NCBI GenBank assembly: GCA_051294375.1
Contig: CM119265.1
Span: 964,089 to 1,028,088 of the forward strand
Length of the DNA: 64,000 nucleotides
Direction of reading: 5' to 3'
From: Paraspadella gotoi
Lineage: Eukaryota > Animalia > Chaetognatha
Position 1 is the stretch's first letter. Every line of letters begins with the position of its first letter. The position numbers and the translations under genes were made by a program. A model generated the notes under the pieces. The model worked only from the letters and a program-made list of their open reading frames with translations, made no database searches and had not been told where the DNA came from. This document shows positions 1 through 10,400 of the stretch, piece by piece.

Positions 1-627
1 ACCAGTGACATCGACGCCGTTTTTGGCGCCACCTTAGAACGCGCACCCTCCTACCCTTCAACTGATTTCCGGCGACCTCTACTGACGATCCCGAAATCGA
101 GACCACGTCCTCGAGCGCCCGAAAGTCAGGTCACGCCTGATTCACGTCATCAATTGCTTGTTCCCCGCTCGGCCACTTCCGGAGTTCATTCCAACATCCG
201 CCTGATTAATTCCTTGCCGAGTTCGAACTTTCTGAATCCCGCCCCGTATTACTACACGCCTCATGAGAGCCATGCCATGCTCGCTCGCGCCATGCCGACC
301 ACTAAAACCACAATCCCCGCTCCTTTTCATAATCGGTCCCGAGTCATCAAAAATTCCGCTAATATTTTTCATCCTCGCCCCACGGCCGCCCCTAATGGTG
401 GCATGCCCGGGTCCCTTCGCGCCATGCCCCGCCCGAAAGAGGCCATGCCTTACTATCTCGTGACCGCCTCTCCCGTTTATCCCACCTCCCATAGGAGTCC
501 GTCTCTCTTTGCCTCCTCGACTACACGACATCTCGCTCCAGCTAATTCTTCCACTACACCTCGTCCCTCGTTTCCTCAACATCATCTTCCTTCCGCTCCT
601 ACTGATCCCCGAAGGAAAAACCCTTAA
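1..627 (+). CDS. 3' terminal coding exon of an unidentified Pro/Ser/Thr-rich protein (5' part outside window)
   Basis: GC-rich ORF (track ORF 154-627, apparently open further upstream) ending ...APTDPRRKNP-TAA, followed by AT-rich UTR-like sequence. No recognisable domain. Confidence 0.5.
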   Translation, partial: TSDIDAVFGATLERAPSYPSTDFRRPLLTIPKSRPRPRAPESQVTPDSRHQLLVPRSATSGVHSNIRLINSLPSSNFLNPAPYYYTPHESHAMLARAMPTTKTTIPAPFHNRSRVIKNSANIFHPRPTAAPNGGMPGSLRAMPRPKEAMPYYLVTASPVYPTSHRSPSLFASSTTRHLAPANSSTTPRPSFPQHHLPSAPTDPRRKNP

Positions 628-1431
628 GCACTCCTCATTGTCAAGACAAGGCGCGCGGACGGGCCGGTTGAGAGCGGTGTGGTCGCTTCGTGGTCCGTGT
701 CTTTACAAGGATGAGTGTCGAAAGAAACCCGATCGTCGAGATGCCTTGGCTTCTTTACATTTCAAATAGTATTTTTCGTTTTTACAATCTATGTTGGGCT
801 CAAATTTATCATTTACACGCCGGAATAGAAGCACTTAGTAATCAATCTTTATATGAATTAACTATTTACACAAAGTATAAATTATTTTTTATTTCTTTAC
901 ATCGCAATTCTTTCGTCCCCCCCCCCTTGATTTGTTACATTGGCGCTTTGGTGTCTGCTTTTTGTTTGGCGAATAATTAAGTTAAGAATACTTAACAATA
1001 CTTAAGTGACTTCCATTGAACTCGAGCCGATTTATTTATTATATCACGTTCGCACTTCAAACAGAAATCGTGACGTTTTTTGAATTAACTTGCTTACCAC
1101 CCCCCTCCACCTCCCCTAGCAGCATATTTCACGCTGATAGTTTTTTGGTCATTTCTCTGCGCGTTGATGACAATCATGAACATTACGAAGATTTAAGTTA
1201 TAGCTATTTTAGTGTGTAGACTAAAGGAGACAACCGTACTTATGATTGTAAATGCTGTGATCGATTCGTTTATAATTTAATTTGTATTTTACTTTATTTC
1301 TAAATTTTGTGCGTTGATTTATGAAATATTTGCTTTAATTTGATTTAGAAAAGATTTGCTTTGATGCACTTGGATGTAAATTAACTGATTTTGGTGACTT
1401 TTTTTCATGCAGCCGCCCCATTTCCTCGCAG

Positions 1432-1512
1432 CTTTTGTCCTTACCCCGTTCGCATTTTTGTCCTTACCCCGTTCGCATTTTTGTCCTTAACCTTTTTGTA
1501 AGTTTTGTCCTC
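1432..1512. repeat. 23-bp tandem repeat (TTTTTGTCCTTACCCCGTTCGCA), about 3 copies, degenerating
   Basis: Direct repetition visible immediately upstream of the first miRNA-like hairpin. Confidence 0.8.
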
Positions 1513-1541
1513 AACTTTATCGCTCATCTTTCCCTCTGTCC

Positions 1542-1612
1542 TTTTAGTGGGTGAGCTTTCTGGTCATGTTCTCTTCTAGTTTAACCATGACTAGAATCCT
1601 CGCTCACTAAAA
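1542..1612 (+). ncRNA. mir-279: pre-miRNA hairpin, miR-279 family (copy 1); predicted mature 3p arm 1588-1609 UGACUAGAAUCCUCGCUCACUA
   Basis: 5' arm TTTTAGTGGGTGAGCTTTCTGGTCATG pairs with 3' arm CATGACTAGAATCCTCGCTCACTAAAA using G:U wobbles that work only on the + strand. Seed GACUAGA matches the miR-279/miR-996/miR-44 family. Confidence 0.85.
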
Positions 1613-1712
1613 TGTGGATGACATTCCTCACCCTTCTTCAGTATTCAAGGCATTCCTCAGCATGCAAAGCATTCCTCATCGCGTATATTTTAATCTTCTC
1701 GTCCTAAGCCTA

Positions 1713-1790
1713 TTTTCGTTAGTGGGTTAGTTTTCTGGTCGTGTGACATTTCCTTCAACCATGACTAGAATCCTAGCTCACTAAACGAGA
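1713..1790 (+). ncRNA. mir-279: pre-miRNA hairpin, miR-279 family (copy 2); predicted mature 1762-1783 UGACUAGAAUCCUAGCUCACUA
   Basis: Same arm architecture with a different loop. The 5' arm GGGTTAG co-varies with the 3' arm CTAGCTC relative to copy 1. Confidence 0.85.
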
Positions 1791-1840
1791 GAGAGGCCTA
1801 CTGCAGCAATTGGGGGTTTCTCTCTCTCTCTCTTTCTTGT

Positions 1841-1919
1841 CTTTTTCGTTAGTGGGCGAGATTTCTGGTCCTGTTTCTCTTTAATTCATGACTAGACTTC
1901 TCGCTCACTAAACGAGAAG
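1841..1919 (+). ncRNA. mir-279: pre-miRNA hairpin, miR-279 family (copy 3); predicted mature 1889-1910 UGACUAGACUUCUCGCUCACUA
   Basis: CTTTTTCGTTAGTGGGCGAGATTTCTGGTC ... TGACTAGACTTCTCGCTCACTAAACGAGAAG imperfect stem with the conserved seed. Confidence 0.85.
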
Positions 1920-2074
1920 CGGTTTATGCTTTAAGTTTCACGTAATAAACGTCAAACGAATTTAAAAAAAAACATTTTACCGCCGAGAATAAAGAAATTA
2001 TTAATTTATAAATACAAAACTCATTTCGCGTCGTAATTTTCCTCTAAAGCTCAACCAATTTTCTTTTCTCTCCT

Positions 2075-2153
2075 CCTTCGTTGGTGAGTGAGTTTTCTGG
2101 TCGTGTCTTTACTTTTCACTCATGACTAGACTTCTCGCTCACTCAAACGAGGG
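2075..2153 (+). ncRNA. mir-279: pre-miRNA hairpin, miR-279 family (copy 4); predicted mature 2123-2144 UGACUAGACUUCUCGCUCACUC
   Basis: CCTTCGTTGGTGAGTGAGTTTTCTGGTCGTG ... CATGACTAGACTTCTCGCTCACTCAAACGAGGG imperfect stem with the conserved seed. Confidence 0.85.
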
Positions 2154-2348
2154 TCGGCTCATAAAGACTCAAATCAGAAACGGAGACACGAATAAAAAAA
2201 CAAACAAAAAAAAGAAAAAATAAAAGAACCGAAAGGAGTTAAAATCGCTTCATCATCGAAGAACAAAATAAAATTTAAAAAAATCGCTGCGCAAAAAAAA
2301 AACTCCGATTCAGTATCTCACTTTCTCTCGCCCTCCTCGGAAACTCAC

Positions 2349-5300
2349 CCGCGAACTTCTGAAGCAGCAGCCTCTTCATCTCCTCCTCTTCTTCCCGCTC
2401 CGCCGCGTCTTTTGCGGCCTTCCGCTCCATGGCGTCTCTGAAGGCGCGCTGCATCGAGCGTCGCTCCGTTACGCGACGCTTGAAGTCATTCTCTTCCTTC
2501 ATTCGCGCTTGGAACTCCTGTGAGAGTTGGGGGGTGACAGCGTTGGAAATGTGGACTATGAATTTGGAGTGGGTTGTTTTGGAAATTGGTTAAGGGTTAG
2601 CTAACTCTATAGAAAAAATATAATCTAATCTAAAAGAAAGTGAAACTTTGTGGCGATTTTAATAAGAGGATGTTAATCGGGTCTGAAGGAGGATTGACAC
2701 GACCCAGTCTGTCCCAAAGATTTCCTGGGGTCCGAAGACGTAGCAAAATTTCTTTAGTCACTGATCGATCGTAACTAAGTCTCCAGTGACTAGAAGTTTT
2801 GCTTACGACTTTTGCCCTCAAATTTCGACTTTAAACGGGGTGAAAAAAGGAAAAACAAAATGAATAAAAGTCGCCGTAAAAGTCGAAATCAAATGTGGGA
2901 GAAAAAAAGGAACCAATAATAAATAAAAATCAAAATAGTGATATTATAAACAAATGATTTTAATTATTGGCGTTAGATCCTTGAAATTCGGCCTCGGTTT
3001 TCCCGTTGATCTTTTCTCTTCGCCCGATTATTTGCGGCGAGATCAGCGCGAAAACCGTCGCCGGTCAAGGGTGCCCCTATCGCCTTCTACCCGAAAAATT
3101 ATTTTATACTCGTCGTTGGACTTCGTTAATTTTTATTCCTCGCTCGTTTTCTTTGCACTTGGATCATGTGAAGTCTTGATTTCTTCTATATTTTTATATT
3201 ACTATTAACTTCCGTACTTCTCCGTCCCTCTTACAATCAATTATTCCCATCCCTTTTCATATTCTTTTTGCTCTTTGCCTTCCCCATCCCACACTCTACC
3301 CATTTTCCCCCTCCCCTCTTCATCCCTCCTCTAACCTTTTCCTCTTCAGCCAGATCCAGCACGACCCGCTCCATCTCCTCCTTCGCGTCCTGCTCCTCCA
3401 TCATCTTCCTCGTCAGCTCCTGCAAGATCTTTGCTCCCTTGTCCAAGGCCGCCTTCTTGGCCGCCAGGCGGAGCGACTCTCTTTCTCGTTGCTGAGCGGC
3501 GAATTTGGCAATGCGGCTGAATAGTGAAGAGAGGAAGATTTGGTAAGTTTATTTGAGTGGGGGTTGGGTGGATTCAGTTGGGACGACTTCCAAGCGAGTG
3601 GTTTTCAAAAGTTTATACAATATGAGATGAATAGAATTAGCTAATTTTCATTCATTCAAGTGTGAAACTAAATCAAACTTGGCTTTTAAAAATGTAGTTA
3701 TAGTGAATATTTTAGTTTTTAACTCACTTGTTTTCTTCTTCCATCTGCTCTCTCTCCATCTTCTTCCACATTTCTCTCGCGGCCAAAAATTCGGCGATAA
3801 AATTCTTCATTGTCTCAGCCTTAAAGAGAAAGAATTAAAGGTTTCATTGTTTGTCTTTCTTTCAAAACTGACTCACCTTTTCCGCCTTGTTCCTCTTCTC
3901 CTGCTCTTCCTCCTCGTGCAACTTCCTCACCACCTCGTCCACGAGCAGCTTTTCCTTAAGAGCCTCCTCGTACTCTTCCTGCTTCTTCCTCGCCCGCTCT
4001 TCCTGCTGCCGCTCCAGATCCTGGTGGAGGAGTAAAAGGAGGAAGGAGAAGAAAGAGAAAAATTGAAAAAGAGAAATATTTAGACATAATTTAAAGTGTG
4101 AGCCCACAAAATGTACATATTATGGTGGATTAAAATCCACCAACCGTTCATCAGCGGCCATTGTGCAGGAGGCAAGTCATTCGCCTCCCAACCCAAAGGT
4201 CCGGGGTTCTAGCCCGGTGGTCGCCTAGCAGTTAAGAAGGACGGGGCGCTTATCCCGACTGTAGCACGGTGTTACAGCCTGATCCAAACCTCAGGGATTG
4301 CTTATATTGAACGGTTGTCACTAACTCATAACAATTATTATTGTCTCTTCAATATTGTACAGCAACTCGGCCCATCCTAATTTTTAATGTCCCATACCCA
4401 ATTTTCACCTGTTGATATTTGATCTGATCGGCGTATCTCTGTTCCGCTCTTTTCTGATCTAACGCCTCGGCTCTCTCCATCTCTTGCTTCATCCGATTCG
4501 CGATCTCCGCCTCTCGCTGGGCCTCGTCAAAATCGCGAGCCCGCTTCTCCGCCATCTGCGCTTGACGCTCCTTTGCTGAAGAAAGTGATTGGGTTGTTGG
4601 TCAATATCAAGGCTAAAAGAGATTAGTAGGAATTAAACTCTGGTTAAATATGGTAAGAATGTCGCAGTAACCAATTACCCTACGTAGTACTCTAATGCTC
4701 TGGCCAAGTTAAATGATTGAACTGATTTTCAATCATAAAGCAGTAAAAATTCAAAATCATCCTTAGAGATCATTAAATAGTTGCCGAGTTTTCTAAACCA
4801 CGGCTATCGAATTCCTTGGTCATCTTTCTCATTCCATCTTTCTCTTGCCATCTCCTTGATCTTAGTCTGTTGTTTATTCTCCGCACCCTTCCCAACACTC
4901 ACCAGTGTATCCCTCCTTGATCTTGGTCTGTAGTTCCCTCAGCTCGAGGCTGCTCTCCCTGATCTGACGCCTGATCCTCTCGTCCCTGTCCGTTTCCAGC
5001 TGAATCCTCGCCATCTCAGCCGCCAGCCGCTCCTCCTGCTCCTTCTGCTGGCAGCGGAGGAGATTGTCTCTCTCCGATTTTTGCTGGAGAGAGTGGGAGA
5101 CAGAGTGGAGGAGAGAGGGGGGATAAAGATAAGGGAAAGAGGGGAAAATAAGAGAGTGAAAAAGACCGGAGTGGAAAAATAATTAAACTAAAATGTAAAA
5201 AACAAAGTGAAAATGTAATGTAAACAAATGTAAAAATGAAAAAAGTCAAATGAAAATTAGTATTTTAAGTCTTCATTAGATAATAAATAAGCAAACTTTA

Positions 5301-6179
5301 ATCATGTCAATTCCAGGCTATTACAAGACATTTAACTTTTCAGAATCATATTTCCAAACTTGTATTTGTTTATTTTCGTCCAGACATTCATGCATGGGCA
5401 CCGTTTCACCCGAACGATCAACCAACTCCAAAGTCTCACCAACGCCTCTTCCATCTGCTTCTCTTGCTGCTGCATCATCATTCGTCGCTGGAAATTCTTG
5501 ATTCCCGCTTTTTCTTCTGCTTCGGAGAAAATTTCCCGACGAATGACCTGGAAGAGGAAAAAAGAATACGGAGGTTTGGAAAATGTGGAATTAAATTGAA
5601 AAGGGATAATTGTGGATTAAGGCGCTAATTGGGATAAAGAGTGCTATCCTCTTTAACCCCTCTTGCAGCCATGGAACGAGTCCTGAGCTAGGAACCATGC
5701 TTGAGGTTTACGGCCGTCCTCACGCTTCCCCGCAGGTAGATACCATTGGGGATCGATCCCGGTACTTAATAGGCATGAGCTGATAGTATTACTCAATGAG
5801 CCACCGGGTGACGACTGTTAATAGGCGGGGGTGACCTTATTGCAATGCCCGACTACATAAAGATTTATAATATATTATATTATTTTATTTATCTTTTTCT
5901 CGAATCAACTACCTCATTCTGATCCTTGATGAACTGCTTCATTTGTTCGTCGCCTGCGAACTCACCTTCGCCCGCCGCTTTATTCAGCAGCTGGACGATC
6001 CCGCGCTGCGGCAGCGGCTGCGGGTGTAGAAAGGGTTTCAGGGTGAGAAGATTAGAAAGAGATGAGTTTAGGTTGGAGAGAGGAAATATTAAGCGACTTG
6101 TCCGATTGTTAAAAATAAAAGGAAACGTGGAATTTTATGCGTCATTTTTTCCCTTACCCTCTCGAACCAAACTTACCAT
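2349..6179 (-). CDS. MNS1: Meiosis-specific nuclear structural protein 1 (axonemal coiled-coil, trichoplein family); 3' exons not found in window
   Basis: Phase-consistent GT-AG exons 6179-6177 (ATG only), 6017-5913, 5547-5440, 5083-4903, 4575-4409, 4020-3877, 3819-3728, 3516-3336, 2517-2349. Translation has RRQIRESSLELRELQTKIKEGY, DLERQQEERARKKQEEYEEALKEKLLVDEVVRKLHEE and EEEEEMKRLLLQKFA, matching recalled MNS1 (RQQVRENSIELRELEKKLKAAY; LKEKLMIDEIVRKIYEED; MLAKFAEDD). Confidence 0.9.
4121..4349 (+). mobile_element. ~230-bp interspersed repeat containing a tRNA-like (Gly-like) head; SINE-like family A
   Basis: 4154-4224 has an acceptor-like stem GCGGCCA/TGGTCGC, a B-box-like GGTTCTAGCCC and the anticodon-like ATTCGCCTCCCAA. 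Further copies at 44998-45224 (-), 45407-45622 (-) and 63918-64000 (+). Confidence 0.75.
5700..5820 (-). mobile_element. Second tRNA-derived SINE-like fragment (family B)
   Basis: Similar to 24460-24560. The minus strand shows A-box-like TGGCTCATTG and B-box-like GGATCGATCCC/GGTTCAATCCC. Confidence 0.45.
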
Positions 6180-6772
6180 TTTTATGATTTCTTTTAACAG
6201 CGACGGTCGAATCAAGATTGAAAAAAGTGGGAATCGTAGATTTCGGGTGAGTCGGAGAAAAATGATTAATTATCCGATGGACGAAAAGAAAGAAAACTGA
6301 GAAGAAAGAACAATTTTCTCACTAAATTCTAACGCGACGTAAATAAAAATATTTTCCGTTTTAAATCCAAGTTTGATGCGAATTAAGAAAGAGGACGTAA
6401 ATTTCCTATTCGTGTCTTTGCGCGCAAAGACTGAGATTTAAGGGTTTAACATTTAGTCTTTTATTAAAGATTAAAATAAATTGGCAATGTTATAAATTAG
6501 CTTCGCTGGTTCCGCCACACGATCATTGAAAATTGTTAGTTTGTATTTTTATCAAATTTTATTTAGTTTCCATTATGAGTATCAAAACATAATATTGGTG
6601 ATTAACATCGAGTAAATTTCTTGTTTTGATACTCGAATTATTTGAAAAAAGAATTGTTATATTTATGTCCATAGAGTTTCGGGTGTTGTTACATTAATTC
6701 TAGTCGTGTTTCTCTCAAATCTCGGGCCAGATGTTCTGTAAGCTTCCTCTGTTGTCATCCTCTGCTCAGTTC

Positions 6773-6997
6773 GTTGCTAAGCGACCGCCTAAGCCAATCG
6801 ACTCCTTCCCTTAAATTGCTCGTTTTTGTTCATCGTCCTTTCCTTTTAATGTTTTTGCTAGGTTAAACTTTTCCATTTAGTTTTAATCTCGTTAGTCAAA
6901 CTCTGACAACAAACTTTAAAGTTCTTCACGAAGTCGCAAAACTGAAAAAAAAACACAAAAAAATCTTCAATCTGAATCGAGGCTATGACGTCATTGG
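6773..6997. promoter_or_regulatory. Putative bidirectional promoter between MNS1 and CHTOP: RFX X-box (6773-6785), CCAAT (6794-6798), CRE TGACGTCA (6986-6993) with an adjacent inverted CCAAT
   Basis: GTTGCTAAGCGAC reads GTCGCT-T-AGCAAC on the minus strand, fitting GTNRCY-N0-3-RGYAAC. It lies in the 1.2 kb between the divergent ATGs (6179 and 7402). Confidence 0.55.
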
Positions 6998-7401
6998 GTC
7001 GTTTCCATTTGTCGAATCTAAGATTGAAAACAGACGCCGAATTTCTTTTCTTTCGCTATGACTGATTCTGGAATCAAAGGCAAAGCCTGATTCTCCATCA
7101 AAAGGAGACAATCTCTCCAGCATCCTTGAACACTCTCGACTCTAACCGACATTAGCCGACAGAGAACCCATTTGTCTTCCATTTTGACTTTTGCCCGAAA
7201 AACTGAAGATCATCTCTCCCGACCCTTTTAACGGACTTTCGCATTTTATTGTTCCTCCACAGAATATTGAAAGAAGACCTGGACCATTAAGTCGTTTGCC
7301 AAAGATTGGCTTCTTCGTCTTAACTTTGGGACTAAATTTGGAAAAAGCCTGGTGGGCCGAAATTAACTCTGTTGACTAAATATCTCCCTCTCTCGGCAGC
7401 C

Positions 7402-10400
7402 ATGTCCGGAATTCCCGGCAAAATCGTGCTCAAAAGCACCACCAAGATCAGCCTGACCGAACGGTACGGACCGAGAATGAGATTGGTGTCCGACAAGGCC
7501 TTGGATAGGTCGGACGGATGGACGGGCCGAGCGGCTCGTGATTTAGCGAAGGAGAATCGAGTGTGATTGGAATCGTATCTCTCTCCGAAATCTCAGAACC
7601 GCGAAGTTTTGAAAGGAGGTCGTTTAAAAGAGTGAGAGCGAGTCGATTAGCAACGACGGAGACAGAGACATCCCTCTTCGAGGAAGTCGTGGATGCGTTG
7701 GGTATCGAGAGAAAGCGAGACGGTTGGCAACGATGGAGACAGAGACAGCCCCGTTCGAGGAGGGCGTGGATGCGTTCGGTATCGAAACTCTAGGATGAAA
7801 AAAAGGTTTTGATTTCCTTGAGTAAGACGAATGCATCGCGAACCCGTCCTCAGTTTGTTGATGGAGAAAGTTATGATTAAAAAGATGGGTAAAGAGAGAG
7901 AGAGAGGTGGGCTCGTCTCTTTGCGCATGAGCGGAAGACGTGTCAGGTCGTGTTTCGGTGGCTGTGGAAAATATTTATATTAAGTTTATTATTATAATAT
8001 TTAATCCATTGTTAAATATTTATCCAATAAAAAATATCCATTGTGAGATTAATAACGTTTAAATATGTATAAAATTTTCCATATGTCTGAACTTTACTTA
8101 AAATTTGTTTGAAGTTCAATTATTGATCTATATTACATCCATCGTTCGGACCTGAACCCGTGTGAGAAATATTCAAAAGGGAGTCGAGACAAGTTTAATC
8201 CTTGGAGACACTTACCACCTGCAATGCGGCCAGACAGAAAAAGACTCCTTAAGTTTAAGAAAAAAATATTTCCCGCGATGATTGCGAGCGTCTCCCCTAA
8301 TTAAGAGATCTGGTATTTTAAGTCTATGGGGTTATTTGGATTTGAATTCATATCGTGCGATTATTCGACGCATCAATTGTTACAATCCTTGATCACAACC
8401 AAGATTCGCGGGCATTCGACAAAACGCGGCCGTTTATCAACAGAATGCCCAGCAAGTTAAGGTTCTACGGCCGGCAGCCGGAGTTTATAACGGAACAGGT
8501 ATGAGTATTCGATTGAAATTTTCTTATGAAATTGGTACAATCAATAAGAAAATTATTAATTCGGTCAATAAATAAGGTCTCTTGCCCCTTACTTAGCACT
8601 GGCTCTGGTGGGTTAAGGCCCCCGTCCCTTTTACAAGATGATAACATAGCCGGTCGCAGGACCCTGCAATAGTGATGTGAAAATTATAAAATTTAAGAAA
8701 ATTAAAATTTAGCCATAACTTTGGTAAATTAATTTTTTAATTTTATACATTAGTAAGCACCAGTGAGCTATATTTATATAGTAATAAGTATATAATAGGC
8801 TAAAATTTCAAATTCTTTTTTAAAAATTCTTTCATTACGTTGGTTAAAAATTTAAAAACAATATGCCAATTTTCAATTTCCAGCCTAAAAATATAGTTTT
8901 TTATAATTTTTACCTACTTTATGACAAAATTTTTGAAAAAAAAAACTATAGATTAGTATTCATTAATATGATAGTTTTCAAGATATAACTGCTAAATTTT
9001 GATTCCAAGCTTTCACTTGACCCTACCCTGCAAGCTTGAAAGCAAGACTCTCACGGTCTAGTGAGAGTGTGCTGCGCATTGGGATGGGGCTTCTCTTTGT
9101 AGGCTTTAGGTGGCTTTTGACCCTCAGAGACGCCCCCTGTCACTGGCGCGGTTACCCTAGAACGGTCTAGCTTTGCCAACGCAGAGAGATGTCGTTAGAA
9201 CTATGAATTTACCGCCACACTTCCCTATTTACCGCCACACTTCCCTATTTATTCTTACCCATTATAATTTTAATTTTATCGTATGAAATCAGTAGATTCA
9301 ACCAATATTATAGTTGAATTCTCTTCTCTGAATATTTTGCCTCCACGTCACAAGTTAGTATTTTTTTATTAATATTATATTATTATATTATTATACGTAC
9401 CACTTCATTGATAAGGCAGCGAAATGATGTGCAGGTTTATGAAATATAATTTGAGTCCAATTTTATAAAACTTTTATGAATACTAAAAAATGTTCTTTAT
9501 TTATAGTATTTTATTTCGTTTGTGGTCAGGTTTCCGTGGTCCCCTCGGCTCCACCAGTCCCCGCGATCGAATGAGACGAGACACTCAGACTTCCCAGCGA
9601 AACATGAGGTTGGCCCAACAGATGGCGAACAGGCCAGCGGTGCTCGCCGCGATGAAGCTTAAGCAGGTCAGTTTGGAATCGCTTAAATTTCTGATTCGTT
9701 TTAAAGTAGTATTTTAGAGAAACTGATGTTAAGCTTTAAAAAATTTGTAGTTATGCTTACGCGATTCTCATTGGTCGATGAAAAGTTCCGTAAATAAATG
9801 TAATTCGAATTAATAATAAATATTACTAAATTAAGCGTGAACCTTGATAATCGTTAATGAAGCAAAATATTCCGAAAACATAATTTTCCCCACGCAGCGA
9901 AGCCTCCGCTACAGATTGGGCACGCCCAACCGCGTCTCTCCTCTCCCGCGTTCATCGCTTCCGGTTCGAGCGCGACTCGGGCGCCTCCCGCGGACGAACG
10001 GAAGGACGGGCGGCTTCGGCGTCGGAAGGGGACGAGGTTGGGGCAGGGGATATCGAGGTATGGAATTTGGGCTTGGGCTGATTGGGCTAGGAGAATGTCA
10101 TGGAATTTTTTTGTACGGATGGTTTCCTATGGAACATGTCAGGGAAGGTAGTGGCTTTTTTATGTAAATTAGGTAGTAATTATTACACGTTTTTAGGCTA
10201 AGATCATGAGAATAACTTAATACAAAGGTAAAGACAAAACATGAACTAAAGAGATACTTTACCGATTTTCTATTTGCCCTTTAGGCCGTGGAACCAGAGG
10301 GTTGGCATTCGGGATCAGGTAAACCAGTTATGATGAAATCAGCAGAATGAGCCTTGGATAATTAGTACTTTTTCGAAATTTGTCCAAACTTAATCGTTGT

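Noticed and set aside
650-705. GC-rich hairpin just after the stop codon at 627
   Set aside because: Only about 8 bp of pairing, half of it weak, with no recognisable miRNA, SECIS or ribozyme motif.
1542-2153. Four hairpins interpreted as MITEs or a CRISPR-like repeat-spacer array
   Set aside because: The arms are imperfect at DNA level but pair as RNA through strand-specific G:U, carry a known miRNA seed and show no TSDs, so pre-miRNAs fit better.
4154-4225. Functional tRNA-Gly gene
   Set aside because: The D and anticodon arms pair poorly, the T-loop deviates, and it is embedded in a longer multi-copy repeat.
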